IMG/VR virus record: IMGVR_UViG_3300031998_000011
Coordinates: 115,397-179,396 of that record
Direction: 5' to 3' (one strand)
From: a virus
Lineage: Duplodnaviria > Caudoviricetes
DNA: 64,000 bases
Below, piece by piece: positions 45,878 to 56,200 of the stretch. The notes under the pieces were generated by a model. It saw only the letters and a list, made by a program, of their open reading frames with translations. It had not been told where the DNA came from and did no database searches. Both the position numbers and the translations under genes were made by a program. The first letter of the stretch is position 1. Each line of letters starts with the position of its first letter.

Positions 45878-46795
45878 ATGGCCGACAGTATCTTCACATC
45901 CTTTGTCTGTTCCATCCTGCCGAATAATCACAGGCAGCTATCCTGGAACGTACTTGCAGGACTGACTTTCCCTGATAATTTTCAACTTGAAGTTCAAAAT
46001 TCCAGAGCAGGTGGTCCTTGGGAGGTTCTCGCTCCGGACGTGAAGAATGTCTGTACTTGGGAAGATCCCAGACTGCGGAACTACAACAAGTACATGAACG
46101 AGCACTACAGGCTTCGTCTGTATGTCCCTGGTGAACAGGAAGGTGACGAGCCCCTGCAGGAGTATTTCTCCCCGATTGTCGCGGCCGGCACTACCGAGGC
46201 GTGGCCATTCAGCGCCGAAGCCAAGAATGTAGTTACACAGGTCGAGAAGCAGATCGAGATATCTGGTTGCACCGGTGTGCTGCTTAAAAAGAAGCACTGG
46301 GGTGTTCGGTGCCCGGACTGCACAGACTTCGATAACCAGAACACTGTGAATGAGCACTGTCCTCGTTGTCTGGGTACTGGGTACGACGGTGGCTACTACC
46401 AAGGTATCAGCATGTCTGTCCTGAAGGATACACCACAGACAGGTGAGGAACAGAGTTTTGATGCTGTTGAGGGGCATGAGACAATTACCGGCAAGTGCGT
46501 TGCGTTCCCCTGGATCCGTTACGGTGATGTCTGGGTCGAGGATGGCACAAACAAGAGGTTTTCCGTACATAAAGTCACACCGGCATCTGTGTATAAACAG
46601 ACTGTGCTGATTTATGCTTTCGAGATGCGCAAAATCGAGTACACAGACATCATGTACGAAGTGCCTGCCGATGAAAAAGTTGAGCTCAAAGACATCTATC
46701 AGTCTGATCAGGTTGCATATACACCAGAACTCGAACATGTGCTGGAAGAGCAGGCTATGTCTGACTGGCAGAAAGCACTGGAGGAGCAGTTGTGA
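45878..46795 (+). CDS. Probable neck/head-closure protein with CxxC...CxxCxGTG Zn motif
   Basis: CPDC...CPRCLGTGYDGGY; position. Confidence 0.5.
   Translation: MADSIFTSFVCSILPNNHRQLSWNVLAGLTFPDNFQLEVQNSRAGGPWEVLAPDVKNVCTWEDPRLRNYNKYMNEHYRLRLYVPGEQEGDEPLQEYFSPIVAAGTTEAWPFSAEAKNVVTQVEKQIEISGCTGVLLKKKHWGVRCPDCTDFDNQNTVNEHCPRCLGTGYDGGYYQGISMSVLKDTPQTGEEQSFDAVEGHETITGKCVAFPWIRYGDVWVEDGTNKRFSVHKVTPASVYKQTVLIYAFEMRKIEYTDIMYEVPADEKVELKDIYQSDQVAYTPELEHVLEEQAMSDWQKALEEQL
45978..46000. repeat. Dispersed 23-bp palindrome, consensus copy (intragenic)
   Basis: ATTTTCAACTT-G-AAGTTCAAAAT, extendable to AATTTT...AAAATT. Confidence 0.9.
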
Positions 46796-47466
46796 ACCCT
46801 ATCGTTACAGACTACACGAAAGAAGGTAACCCAGATACCATGCGACCAGGTGGGCTGTCTGCCTACCGAATCATGCACTGGCTCTGTAATATTCTGCAGA
46901 ACTTCTTTGCAGATCCTATCAACATCAAGGATGATCGTCTGAAGAATCTGCTCTGGCGCCAGGACAAGAAGGACGAGACCAAGCTGTTTGCCAAATTTGA
47001 CATTGGAACGGCATACGCGCAGAACACGACCAAGGCAAACACGACGCCTATGATTGTTGTCTTTGTGGGAGATACCGTGCATGACAACAGTGGTGTAAAC
47101 CTGGCGGGTGGCGCACCTATGGGGCTCAATGGAGCACGACCGATGTGGCATGACCAGTGTATCAAGATCATCCCATTGAACATAAGTATCACCACCGAGA
47201 GCTACGACGGTACGCTGTTGCTGGCTGGTCTTATTGAAGACTTTCTGACGGTAAACTCCAAGTTGCTTGTCGAGGACAGCGGCATGTTGTCGCGATTCAT
47301 CGTGCAGGGTGTAACGGCACCGAAGCATACAGGCGATGAGAAAGCAGCCAAAGAGACCTATCAGTCCTTCATTCAGATTCAGACAGTTGGTTGCATCGGA
47401 TGGGAAACTGATACGCAGGGACCTGTGTTCCGTGGCGTTCGTTCCAAGGTAGGAATCACACAATGA
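46792..47466 (+). CDS. Probable tail terminator/completion protein
   Basis: GTG start; 224 aa immediately upstream of the sheath gene. Confidence 0.5.
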   Translation: MNPIVTDYTKEGNPDTMRPGGLSAYRIMHWLCNILQNFFADPINIKDDRLKNLLWRQDKKDETKLFAKFDIGTAYAQNTTKANTTPMIVVFVGDTVHDNSGVNLAGGAPMGLNGARPMWHDQCIKIIPLNISITTESYDGTLLLAGLIEDFLTVNSKLLVEDSGMLSRFIVQGVTAPKHTGDEKAAKETYQSFIQIQTVGCIGWETDTQGPVFRGVRSKVGITQ

Positions 47467-47479
47467 TTAACGTTTTTCT

Positions 47480-47490
47480 TTCTATAAGAA
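47480..47490 (+). promoter_or_regulatory. Putative late promoter TTCTATAAGAA
   Basis: Identical to 11142-11152; followed by hairpin CAGCCGAAG/CTTCGGTTG. Confidence 0.55.
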
Positions 47491-47559
47491 CCACAATCAC
47501 AGCCGAAGAAGAGCTGACACTTCGGTTGTTAAACAATGTCAGCGGATCGGATATATCCT

Positions 47560-49365
47560 ATGGCTATTAAACAGTTCAATTTCCCTGGCGTTACACTCAC
47601 GCAGGAGTTCGTGGCTTCCAACGTCGGAAACCAGACCGTCCTGAGTGTGGCGTGCATCGGCCGGCCTTACTATCTGCACAGGGCAGATGTCTCATCCGAG
47701 GCCGCTACAGTTGAGATCAACTACAAGGCTGGCACAGCTTCCACGCAGGCGCTGCCGAACATGACGACAGAAGTTCTGCTCGATGGCACCGCCACTGTAG
47801 CCGCCGTGGACGGCTCCTCGGTCGCCATCGAGTATCAGAAGCTCTTCGTCGAGGATGGTGTGTTCGCACATGTCACCGTCACCGGCGGTACCTATGCTTC
47901 TGGCCTCAAGAGCACAGACAAGAGCGTTACGCTGAAGGTCGGAAAGAATGTGAAGTCTGGCGCTGGTCAGACGGCTGCTGCGGAGTTCGGCACCCGCGAA
48001 GCGGAAGTCGGCGATACTGTCGCGATCTCCGGCACCAGTGTTTCCGGTACTGCTGTCATCACGGCCATCATCAAGTCCAGCGATAACAGCGGCTACGACA
48101 CCGTGGTCGCAACACCCAAGGCCGGAACCATTACTGGTACAGCGGCCAAGGTCACTGAAATCAAGTTCCTTGTCACGCAGGATGCGGAGCTGTTCTCCGA
48201 TGTCACAGGCAATACCAGCGCGGTTGCTGTCAGTCTTTCTGGTGGTTCCTTCACAGTTCCTGCTACTGTGTATGGTTCTGTCGGCGGCACGTTCGCTGCC
48301 CTTCAGGACTGCAAGACGGACTTCTCCATCGAGTACCGCCAGATCGCCAACAAGTGGAAAGGCAAACTCGGCAGTGTCTACAACGCCGATGCTGTGGACG
48401 AGATCCTCGGCGGCGCCTGCATGGCGAATCCGCTGGCGCTGGCTGTCAAGCTGGCTTGCCTCGCGGCTCCCGACACGCTCGTGTATTTCACCACACCGAA
48501 CTCTGCGGATGACACCACCGCCAGTTTCCAGGAAGCGCTCGATTTCCTCAGCAAGTACGAAGAGATTTACAGCATCGTCCCGCTGACTGGCGACCGCACC
48601 ATCATTGCAGCTCTCCTGAATGACGTCATCGCGATCTCCGAAGACGAGGAATCCAAGGTCCGCCGCACCCTGTGGTACGGGCTTGACAATGTGTATGACT
48701 ACACGGAGTCCGGAAACTGGGAGCGTGTCAACAAGGTCATCGCGGCTCGCAAAGAGCTCCAGAGCTCTTACAAGGCGCAGGCTGTCTGGGCCGACGTTGC
48801 CAAGTACAACAACGAGAAGATCCCGAACTACATCCTGGCTGCGGCTCCCGCCGGCATGCGCTCTTACCAGCCATGCCATCGCCCGCTGTCCAATCTTGCG
48901 TATGACTTCCTCACTGTCAGTGAACCCAACGGCTTCACGAAGGGACAGCTGAAGGCTATTGGTGCCGAGGGCATCTGGATCATTGGCAATAACACTGACG
49001 ATGTGCCGATCAACATGCGCCAGGTCACGACAGCGGTTGCCAATGATCTGAACCAGGACGAGGAATCCATCGTCGCCAACATCGACGAGATCTGCCTGAG
49101 CCTCTGCCACATCGGTGAAGAGAGCGTTGGCTGCTCCAACATCAGTGACACCATGATCATGGCGCTATCCGACGACATCACTATTCTGATGGACAGCAAA
49201 TGCATCAACCGCTCCGGCAGCGCCTACATCGGTGCCCAGCTGATTTCCTGGACTCTGGACAAGATTTACAAGGATCCTATCAACAGGGACCGTATCTACG
49301 CGGTTATCACCTGCAACCCGCCAAAGCCGTTCAATCAGTTCAAGATTACCCTGCGGGTTATTTAA
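47560..49365 (+). CDS. Tail sheath protein
   Basis: N-terminal FPGV; about 600 aa; C-terminal PPKPFNQFKITLRV; strong codon bias; followed by a tube-size gene. Confidence 0.85.
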   Translation: MAIKQFNFPGVTLTQEFVASNVGNQTVLSVACIGRPYYLHRADVSSEAATVEINYKAGTASTQALPNMTTEVLLDGTATVAAVDGSSVAIEYQKLFVEDGVFAHVTVTGGTYASGLKSTDKSVTLKVGKNVKSGAGQTAAAEFGTREAEVGDTVAISGTSVSGTAVITAIIKSSDNSGYDTVVATPKAGTITGTAAKVTEIKFLVTQDAELFSDVTGNTSAVAVSLSGGSFTVPATVYGSVGGTFAALQDCKTDFSIEYRQIANKWKGKLGSVYNADAVDEILGGACMANPLALAVKLACLAAPDTLVYFTTPNSADDTTASFQEALDFLSKYEEIYSIVPLTGDRTIIAALLNDVIAISEDEESKVRRTLWYGLDNVYDYTESGNWERVNKVIAARKELQSSYKAQAVWADVAKYNNEKIPNYILAAAPAGMRSYQPCHRPLSNLAYDFLTVSEPNGFTKGQLKAIGAEGIWIIGNNTDDVPINMRQVTTAVANDLNQDEESIVANIDEICLSLCHIGEESVGCSNISDTMIMALSDDITILMDSKCINRSGSAYIGAQLISWTLDKIYKDPINRDRIYAVITCNPPKPFNQFKITLRVI

Positions 49366-49378
49366 GGAGGACTGAACC

Positions 49379-49897
49379 ATGTCTGACAAAATTTCTGTTT
49401 TCAATTCCCCGAATACCACGACCGAGACCTGGACACTCCAGGGCGCAGTCGTCCAGTGGGGTACCAACAACAGCGCGACTTCCGCGATTCCGATGATCCT
49501 GAACTCCATTCAGATCAGTTACGCTGTTCCGACTACGACCATCACACCTCTGAACGCCTCTGCGAGTGGCGGCGTCTCCCGTGTTGTCATCAAGGGCACC
49601 CCGGAAGGCACCCTCGTTGTCCAGACCATCTTCAGCCCGTCCATCAGCGACTTCAAGAACTTCCTGAAGGCCGTGACCAAGAGCTGCAAGCTGGCCGACG
49701 ATCAGGTCCTGTTCACACTCCGTCCATTCGGTACGCTGGAGTGCTCCAATCCGGATCGCAATACCAGCGGCAACCTGGTGTTCTACCTGCATGACCTCGA
49801 CATGCGCCAGATGGACGTTGTCATCAGCCAGCAGAACAACATCGCGGTCGTGAACATGCCTCTGCAGTTCAACTTCACGAACCTCGAAATCGAGTAA
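49379..49897 (+). CDS. Tail tube protein
   Basis: 172 aa beta-rich, directly after sheath, followed by a terminator. Confidence 0.75.
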   Translation: MSDKISVFNSPNTTTETWTLQGAVVQWGTNNSATSAIPMILNSIQISYAVPTTTITPLNASASGGVSRVVIKGTPEGTLVVQTIFSPSISDFKNFLKAVTKSCKLADDQVLFTLRPFGTLECSNPDRNTSGNLVFYLHDLDMRQMDVVISQQNNIAVVNMPLQFNFTNLEIE

Positions 49898-49921
49898 GCC
49901 CGATCACGTTGGCATACGTGT

Positions 49922-49956
49922 ACCCGCCTGTAGAGTAATCACAGGCGGGTCTTTTT
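49922..49956 (+). terminator. Intrinsic terminator
   Basis: ACCCGCCTGT/ACAGGCGGGT 10-bp stem followed by CTTTTT. Confidence 0.9.
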
Positions 49957-49972
49957 ATATAAGGAGTAGACC

Positions 49973-52474
49973 ATGAGACACGACGGAGAGCTTGTCATAG
50001 GCACAGTCATCATGTCCATGCCGGAGTACGGTATGGCGAAGGTTGAGACATCAGGCGGTACCAACAATATTAAGTCGCCCATGATGTGCTACCTGCCGTA
50101 TAGTGATGCTACTTGCGGTGCCTTGTTGCAGACTCACATCCAGGATGGTAGCTCTGTCGTCTGCATGCGCTCCCTGGACCGCCCTGATTTCGGCTTCATC
50201 CTGTGTGCTGTCAATGCTGTGAACGCAGATATGTCGGACACGCTCAATGGGCGCCAGTTCTACAACACGAACAAGATGACCACCAGGAAGACAACGATCT
50301 TCGACACGATGATCGACTCCTTGAAGGACTTCATTGGCGGTGCTTTTCACAACCACGCGAACAGCGTGGACAAGGATGTGCTACCGGGTGATGTGGATAT
50401 CGTGAACCACGGAGGATCTGCAGGGCTGCATGTGGGCCGTTACCTGACACAGCTCCGTGGCTCTCCAGTCGCTTTCATCGACGTTGCAGGCATCAAGAAC
50501 CAGATCCGTATGGTGGCTGCAACTGTAAGCACGCACACGGATACCACATTCCAGCAGACAGGTGATATCTCTGTAGACGATAATGCGCTGGATGCCGCTG
50601 AAGCCTTTGGGCTCCCGGCCGGAACAGACGTACTGACATCCGTGGATAAGCTGGATGATACTGTCGCATTTTTCAGACAGCAGGAAGTTAAGGGCGCTAC
50701 AGCCGATGGTCAGGAAAAGATCGTCGTTGCGTTCCCAGATGCAGAGTTGCACACCGACACAACAGAACCTCCTGTTCTGTCCCGCCAGCGCGAGGCATTA
50801 TCTGGCGAGCTATCCTCATTATCAGCTCATAGTGTTTCCATTGGAAAAACAGCTGGTATCCCCGCGATTCTGCAATATGGCTACGGCAAAGTCAACAAGG
50901 ATGATGCAGAAGCAAAGCAAATGGAGCTGCTGACACCTTATGAATATGAGAAGCCAGAGCAGGGCTCTACTGCTGCAAATAGCAGCGAGCAGGAAGAGAC
51001 TCCGGCGCACACACTGAATCAGGAGATCATGGATGCAGCTATCAACCAGCTTACTGAAAAGATCCTGTCTGGTGACTACATAGAAACACTAAAACAGAAG
51101 CTCGCAGAACAGGGTCTGTACATCGCACAGAGACCACTGAATCAGCAGTTCAAGTGGAATGATTCCGAGGGTAAGACAGCCGGTCCCGTCGAGCAGCAAC
51201 AGTACGACATTCCGCGCTGGCTCACGTTGACTGATCCTGCGACAGGACGCACACATGTGTATTTCGATTCCAGTGCTTTCATGCGGTTCACAGAAGACGG
51301 CTCTATTCTGTTTGTGGACGGCTACGGCAGCGAGATCCGCATGTCCCAGGGCAATATCTATATCAGCCCGGCGCTGGACCTCATACAGCGTCCCGGTAGA
51401 GACATGAGCGCGATGGTTCCCAGACACCTGTCTTTGAACACACAGGGCTACGTTGTCATCAACAGCACGAAAGCAGTATATCTGCGTTCTACAGGTGATA
51501 TGCAGCTGGCGGCTGCAACAGAGGGGAAAGGCAGGTTGTCGCTGGAGTGTGATGATCCAAGAAACACAGACAGCACAGGCATTGTAATCAAGAGCCTCGG
51601 TAACGCTGCGTTCACGGGGCACAATCTGTATGTCGGCATCAACAAGGGTACCAGTGACAGCGAAGGTCGTATCGAACAGACAGAACAGCCTGGCACGCTG
51701 ATTCTTGATGCAGGCAACAAGGGTGCTATTATCGAGCACGGACATAGTCATCTTGTAGACACGGAGCTATTCACAGTGGTTACAACAGGCACAGTGAACA
51801 CGGCATTTTCTGTCGGGAGCGGCATCATAGGATTGTATGCAGAGGCTGTTGTTGCGCCTGCTCAGTTCCAGATCTCACCGATGGACGGTGTCCAGGTTGT
51901 CAAGGTTGTCAGGGACGGCAGAGAGCGCGAGATTATCATCGACACCAACTCAAATCCGTTCATTATGATGCGTGGAGACATGGAGATGACCGGCGATCTC
52001 AGTGTCGGTAAGAGTATCCGTGCGCTGGCTGACGTTATATCTCGCCGCAGCTTGTACGTAACGAACAGCAATATCCTGGATGACAAAACGATCACGTTCA
52101 CACCGGTGGATGTCCCGGCAAATAAGCTGAATGGGAACATTGAGAAGAGCTCTGGTTCTGCATACGCACAGGCTGCTGCACAGACCTTCTACCAGGATGC
52201 CTACATAGCGAACAACAGCTTCTCGTTCCCAGAGTATTACGACATTACAGAGCTGAAGGTGCCTGGTATGGTCTGGCAGGAGGCTACTCGCAGTATCGTC
52301 GGAGATGTCTCGCAAGTTGCCTGGCAGGAAAAGCCGTTTATCAGCGTTACGGGTACGACCACTGCGTGCTACCCCGGTTGGGATATCTGGCAATCTGCCA
52401 AGATCACACAGACCGGCTATAAAGAAGCTGACCTCATTTCCAATTACATAACCAACACGACAAAGGAGAACTGA
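49973..52474 (+). CDS. Baseplate central spike (gp5/gpV/VgrG-like)
   Basis: N-terminal OB-like region; beta-strand repeats SAFMRFTEDGSILFVDGYGSEIRMSQGNIYI. Confidence 0.55.
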   Translation: MRHDGELVIGTVIMSMPEYGMAKVETSGGTNNIKSPMMCYLPYSDATCGALLQTHIQDGSSVVCMRSLDRPDFGFILCAVNAVNADMSDTLNGRQFYNTNKMTTRKTTIFDTMIDSLKDFIGGAFHNHANSVDKDVLPGDVDIVNHGGSAGLHVGRYLTQLRGSPVAFIDVAGIKNQIRMVAATVSTHTDTTFQQTGDISVDDNALDAAEAFGLPAGTDVLTSVDKLDDTVAFFRQQEVKGATADGQEKIVVAFPDAELHTDTTEPPVLSRQREALSGELSSLSAHSVSIGKTAGIPAILQYGYGKVNKDDAEAKQMELLTPYEYEKPEQGSTAANSSEQEETPAHTLNQEIMDAAINQLTEKILSGDYIETLKQKLAEQGLYIAQRPLNQQFKWNDSEGKTAGPVEQQQYDIPRWLTLTDPATGRTHVYFDSSAFMRFTEDGSILFVDGYGSEIRMSQGNIYISPALDLIQRPGRDMSAMVPRHLSLNTQGYVVINSTKAVYLRSTGDMQLAAATEGKGRLSLECDDPRNTDSTGIVIKSLGNAAFTGHNLYVGINKGTSDSEGRIEQTEQPGTLILDAGNKGAIIEHGHSHLVDTELFTVVTTGTVNTAFSVGSGIIGLYAEAVVAPAQFQISPMDGVQVVKVVRDGREREIIIDTNSNPFIMMRGDMEMTGDLSVGKSIRALADVISRRSLYVTNSNILDDKTITFTPVDVPANKLNGNIEKSSGSAYAQAAAQTFYQDAYIANNSFSFPEYYDITELKVPGMVWQEATRSIVGDVSQVAWQEKPFISVTGTTTACYPGWDIWQSAKITQTGYKEADLISNYITNTTKEN

Positions 52475-52475
52475 C

Positions 52476-53081
52476 ATGCCAGATGAAGAGAAACCCAAGA
52501 TGGTGAAGTGCCCGTGCTGCGGACAGGAAACACTGAAGAAGCCTGTCAAATGCGACAGCGAGATCGTCGATGACTATCTTGCGAGTATCATGACTGGTGT
52601 CCCGTTCAAGCATACCTTCAGACTGTTCGACGGCAAACTGCGTGTCACGGTCAGCGCTGCGGAACGTGAGGAGGCTATGAAGCTGTACCGGTTCGTGTAC
52701 ATGACTGAGTCTTCAGATATCAGCAGCAACAATAACGTGCGTGATCTGCTGGGTATCGTGAATGCTTATTGCAGCATCCAGGAGATCTATGTGCAGGCGA
52801 AGGACGATTCCAAGACATACTTCCCGGCACAGCACATTGTCAAAGCCTGCGGTGCACTGGCCGACAAGTGGGAGAACGAGGACCTGACTACGGACGAAAA
52901 CAAGAAGGCGTTTCTGGAAGACCTGCAGAAGGCCTATGCATCGCTGTCCAAGCCTGAGATTCTGTCGAGTACCCCGCCAATGATCATCAACAGGGTTGCC
53001 AGCGATTTCAGGGGCATTGAAACGATTCTGCTGGAGGCAGGGTTCGACGAAAATTTTTGGCAGGGTATCGAGTTAGCCTGA
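52476..53081 (+). CDS. Probable tail assembly chaperone
   Basis: Upstream of tape measure; CPCCG; slippery heptamer near the 3' end. Confidence 0.55.
   Translation: MPDEEKPKMVKCPCCGQETLKKPVKCDSEIVDDYLASIMTGVPFKHTFRLFDGKLRVTVSAAEREEAMKLYRFVYMTESSDISSNNNVRDLLGIVNAYCSIQEIYVQAKDDSKTYFPAQHIVKACGALADKWENEDLTTDENKKAFLEDLQKAYASLSKPEILSSTPPMIINRVASDFRGIETILLEAGFDENFWQGIELA
53051..53057 (+). other. Candidate -1 programmed frameshift site A_AAT_TTT
   Basis: X_XXY_YYZ heptamer in the zero frame; the -1 frame stays open to 53419. Confidence 0.55.
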
Positions 53082-53419
53082 TGCTCTGCCTGCCGGAGTT
53101 CGATACCTACCACATTCTTGACAAATACGCCAGAGACCCAGACGACAACCGCAATCGGCTTGCGCTTCGTGTTCTGAAGCACCGTGCAACGCTTCAGCTG
53201 CACTGGCGCAGCATGAACAGCCGTTTAGGTACGCCGGAGAACCTTGACACTCTGTTCGATCTACAAGTCGGCAGGGAAGTCAAGTTGCCGAGCATACCGA
53301 AGCCAGCTGATTTCAACAACATGTCCGAAGACCAGATGATGGATGTCTACTGGAAGGCGCTGCATAAGGTCGGGCTTGAACTTGACCCGGAAACATTAGC
53401 AAAGGCACAACAGCAGTAA
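53057..53419 (+). CDS. Chaperone frameshift extension (or separate gene from ATG 53081)
   Basis: -1 frame relative to the 52476 ORF; a TGATG overlap also exists. Confidence 0.6.
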   Translation: MAGYRVSLMLCLPEFDTYHILDKYARDPDDNRNRLALRVLKHRATLQLHWRSMNSRLGTPENLDTLFDLQVGREVKLPSIPKPADFNNMSEDQMMDVYWKALHKVGLELDPETLAKAQQQ

Positions 53420-53431
53420 GGCATTACACAA

Positions 53432-56197
53432 ATGTACGAACAGGGTCCTGTAAATTTTACTCCTAACTCACTTCTAATGAGTGGACTCGGCATGTTCGGT
53501 TTCGACATGCGCGACCCGCTGAGCGCCCAGATGGGACAGCAGCTTCTCAGCTTCCTGAAAGGTGCTGTCATTCAGCCATACTTGGGTATAAGCGCCAACG
53601 ACCCGCTGTGGAATGCCACACTGTACAGCAACATGACCAATTTCGGGATCATGATGCAGAACATGAATGCCCAGGCAAACTCTATTGGCATCTCCAAGAT
53701 GATGCAGCAACAGGCTGCATCTCGTTATCAGTTCTTCCAGGGTTGGCAACGTACAGCCACGTCTCAGTCTGATTTCGCTAAACTGGTTGCTCAGGGTAAA
53801 GCTGGTGGTTTTACAGATTATGATGCCTTCATCGAGCATAAGACACAGGGCATGATGGACAACACGGTCCTGAACATGCTCATGCAAATGAGCGGTTGGG
53901 ACCCGACTGGTCAGATGATGGCTGGCTTCAATATGCGGGAAGCAACTGCAAACGTTGCCAGGCAGGCGATGTGGCGTGGTGATGAGAATTGGCGTGTCAA
54001 GGCAGACAGACTGGGTGATATATTCTTGAACAAAAACGGTTCAAGAGAGCTGGATTACAGGAAGAGTGAGTACGGCATGATGTCACTCAATGAGTCCAGT
54101 GCCCTACTTGCTATACTGACAAAGAATCAGCCGTTCGCTGCAGGTGCCCAGACAGAGCAACAGATAGAAGACGAGCTGGAGAAACTACGTACCAGGATGA
54201 AGAACCTGACTCGCGCTATGTCTCCTCTCAAAGACTTCTTCGGCGACGATGTTCCAAGCATGGTCAGATTCCTGGAAGAGATCTCAGGAAAAGGAATCAA
54301 TCAGCTCGATAGCCAGACGGTAGCCAATCTTACCAAGAACCTTTCCAACGGTGTCGCGACAGGCGCGTTTACACTGGACCAGGTCCAGAAGATGACAACG
54401 CAACTGCAGGGTAGCTTTGCGCAGATGAATACGCCATACTATCTGGATACAGTTGCTGGCTCTCTTTCCCAAAACATTCTTATGGCTGTGAACTCTGGTA
54501 ACACACCTCTGATGATGTCTCAGGCTTCTTACCGACAGGCCGTGGCAGAACGCCAGATGAGGCAAGCTGCATCTCCCTACGCGAATAATGTGAACCTCGC
54601 CTACTCCATGTGGGAGCAGCGCAACGGTGGGGCTTACAGGAACTCTCAGGGAGAACGGGACTCCGAGGCGGCTATGGCGGCATTCCGTGAGAACTATGAC
54701 AGTCTGCTCCGTCGCGGATACAATGAGGAATCCGCGCTGCTGCAGTTGTCTGGTGCAAGCTCAATGCAACAACTGCATGATAAAGGAACACGCTCGATTG
54801 GGTACAGTGAAGCTGTTTCCGCCGGACTCGGCATGGACATAGCCAGTGCCGCAGGTGTTCGTCGTCGTGCCGCTTCTATTATCCTGTCGGAATCCTCCGT
54901 TGCTGCCAGAAGGGGCATGGACACAGTCATCAATGCCTTTATGAACGGCATGAACGGAATGACCACAGATGAAATCGACAGGATGTTCCAGGGCATGCGC
55001 GAGTCCAAGAATGCAGATGAACAGGCACAGTACGCTGCCTGGTCGAAGCTGCAGCAGGATAAGCACCTTATGGCTTTTAATGTGGACCTGCACAAGAATG
55101 CGCAGCAGCGTGATGCGGGCATTGCCATGAAGCGAGCAAATGAGCTCCGTGAACGTACCCTGATGATGGAAGAGTTGTTCGGCAGTATCATGGAGAATGA
55201 TACAACGCTGGAGACAGCTGTCACGAACCTTATCATCAACAACGGAAAAGGTATTAGTCTGGACGACATCAGAAGCAAATACAAAGATCGTCCGCTCATT
55301 ATGGATGCATTGCAGAATATCCAGAACATGTCGAAGGAAGACAAAGAGAACCTGAAAATGATCAAGGAAGCAGGCGGCATGAAAGCTGTGAAGGATTTCA
55401 TGACAGGTGCTATGTCGGACCCGGACAGAGAAGCGGCGCTGAAGCCGTTCCTTGCAGGCTATAAAGACAAGACGGTCAGTAAGGAAACACTGACAACTGC
55501 GCTCAATCTGTCAACAAGTGCTCTGAACAGGCTCACGGATGATGGCAAGAACATCAAGCAGCTTAATAACATCATAATAAGTGCTGATAAACAATTTGAA
55601 GCTATCAAAGAATCCGGATTGGACAACGAGTATTACAGAGATCGTTACTGGTCTGACTGGAAATCCGCGAAAGAGAAAATGTCTGACGAAGAGTTCCAGA
55701 AGGAGCTCAAGAAACACCATGAAGCATACGTTGCTTCCGGCCCGTCTGTTGAGCGCCAGCGTATGGTCCGCCGAGAAATGGCGAAGAAGGTTATGGAAGA
55801 CAAGGAAGGTGCTGTCAGCGATGTGCTGAAACAGGCGAAAACCATCATAACCAACTACGCAGGCGACAACGCAGATGCACTCCTGAAGAGCTATCAGAAA
55901 GATGTAATCCTGGGCAAGAAGTCTGAAAAGGACTGGAGTGAAGAGCAGCTCAAAGGCTATGCAGAACGTGATGACATCATGAAACAGCTGGCTAAGGTCG
56001 GTCAGGCTGTGAATACATCCGTCATGCAGGAGACAGGGCTGACATCCGCAGGTCTCTCTCCGGAACAGGCTATGGCGATGGCTTTTAGTGACGGCGGTAT
56101 CTTCGAGAAGCTGAACAAGGTACTGGATGATCTCGGTGGAGCATTGAAAGGTCTTCCGGAACTTATCACAAGTCTCACAAACAAGCTGAAAGGATAA
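53432..56197 (+). CDS. Tape measure protein
   Basis: 921 aa, helical, Met/Ala/Gln-rich; follows the chaperone pair. Confidence 0.7.
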   Translation: MYEQGPVNFTPNSLLMSGLGMFGFDMRDPLSAQMGQQLLSFLKGAVIQPYLGISANDPLWNATLYSNMTNFGIMMQNMNAQANSIGISKMMQQQAASRYQFFQGWQRTATSQSDFAKLVAQGKAGGFTDYDAFIEHKTQGMMDNTVLNMLMQMSGWDPTGQMMAGFNMREATANVARQAMWRGDENWRVKADRLGDIFLNKNGSRELDYRKSEYGMMSLNESSALLAILTKNQPFAAGAQTEQQIEDELEKLRTRMKNLTRAMSPLKDFFGDDVPSMVRFLEEISGKGINQLDSQTVANLTKNLSNGVATGAFTLDQVQKMTTQLQGSFAQMNTPYYLDTVAGSLSQNILMAVNSGNTPLMMSQASYRQAVAERQMRQAASPYANNVNLAYSMWEQRNGGAYRNSQGERDSEAAMAAFRENYDSLLRRGYNEESALLQLSGASSMQQLHDKGTRSIGYSEAVSAGLGMDIASAAGVRRRAASIILSESSVAARRGMDTVINAFMNGMNGMTTDEIDRMFQGMRESKNADEQAQYAAWSKLQQDKHLMAFNVDLHKNAQQRDAGIAMKRANELRERTLMMEELFGSIMENDTTLETAVTNLIINNGKGISLDDIRSKYKDRPLIMDALQNIQNMSKEDKENLKMIKEAGGMKAVKDFMTGAMSDPDREAALKPFLAGYKDKTVSKETLTTALNLSTSALNRLTDDGKNIKQLNNIIISADKQFEAIKESGLDNEYYRDRYWSDWKSAKEKMSDEEFQKELKKHHEAYVASGPSVERQRMVRREMAKKVMEDKEGAVSDVLKQAKTIITNYAGDNADALLKSYQKDVILGKKSEKDWSEEQLKGYAERDDIMKQLAKVGQAVNTSVMQETGLTSAGLSPEQAMAMAFSDGGIFEKLNKVLDDLGGALKGLPELITSLTNKLKG

Positions 56198-56200
56198 CAT

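Noticed and set aside
24194-46000. Palindrome copies read as CRISPR repeats, terminators or transposon ends
   Set aside because: Copies are kilobases apart, lie inside intact genes, are AT-rich with a 1-nt centre, and have no spacers, cas genes or transposase.
11498-49110. Other long minus-strand ORFs (11498-12955, 18334-19671, 24810-26198, 33703-35091, 36158-37768, 42685-43950, 47692-49110)
   Set aside because: All are antisense to well-supported + genes and have no recognisable content.
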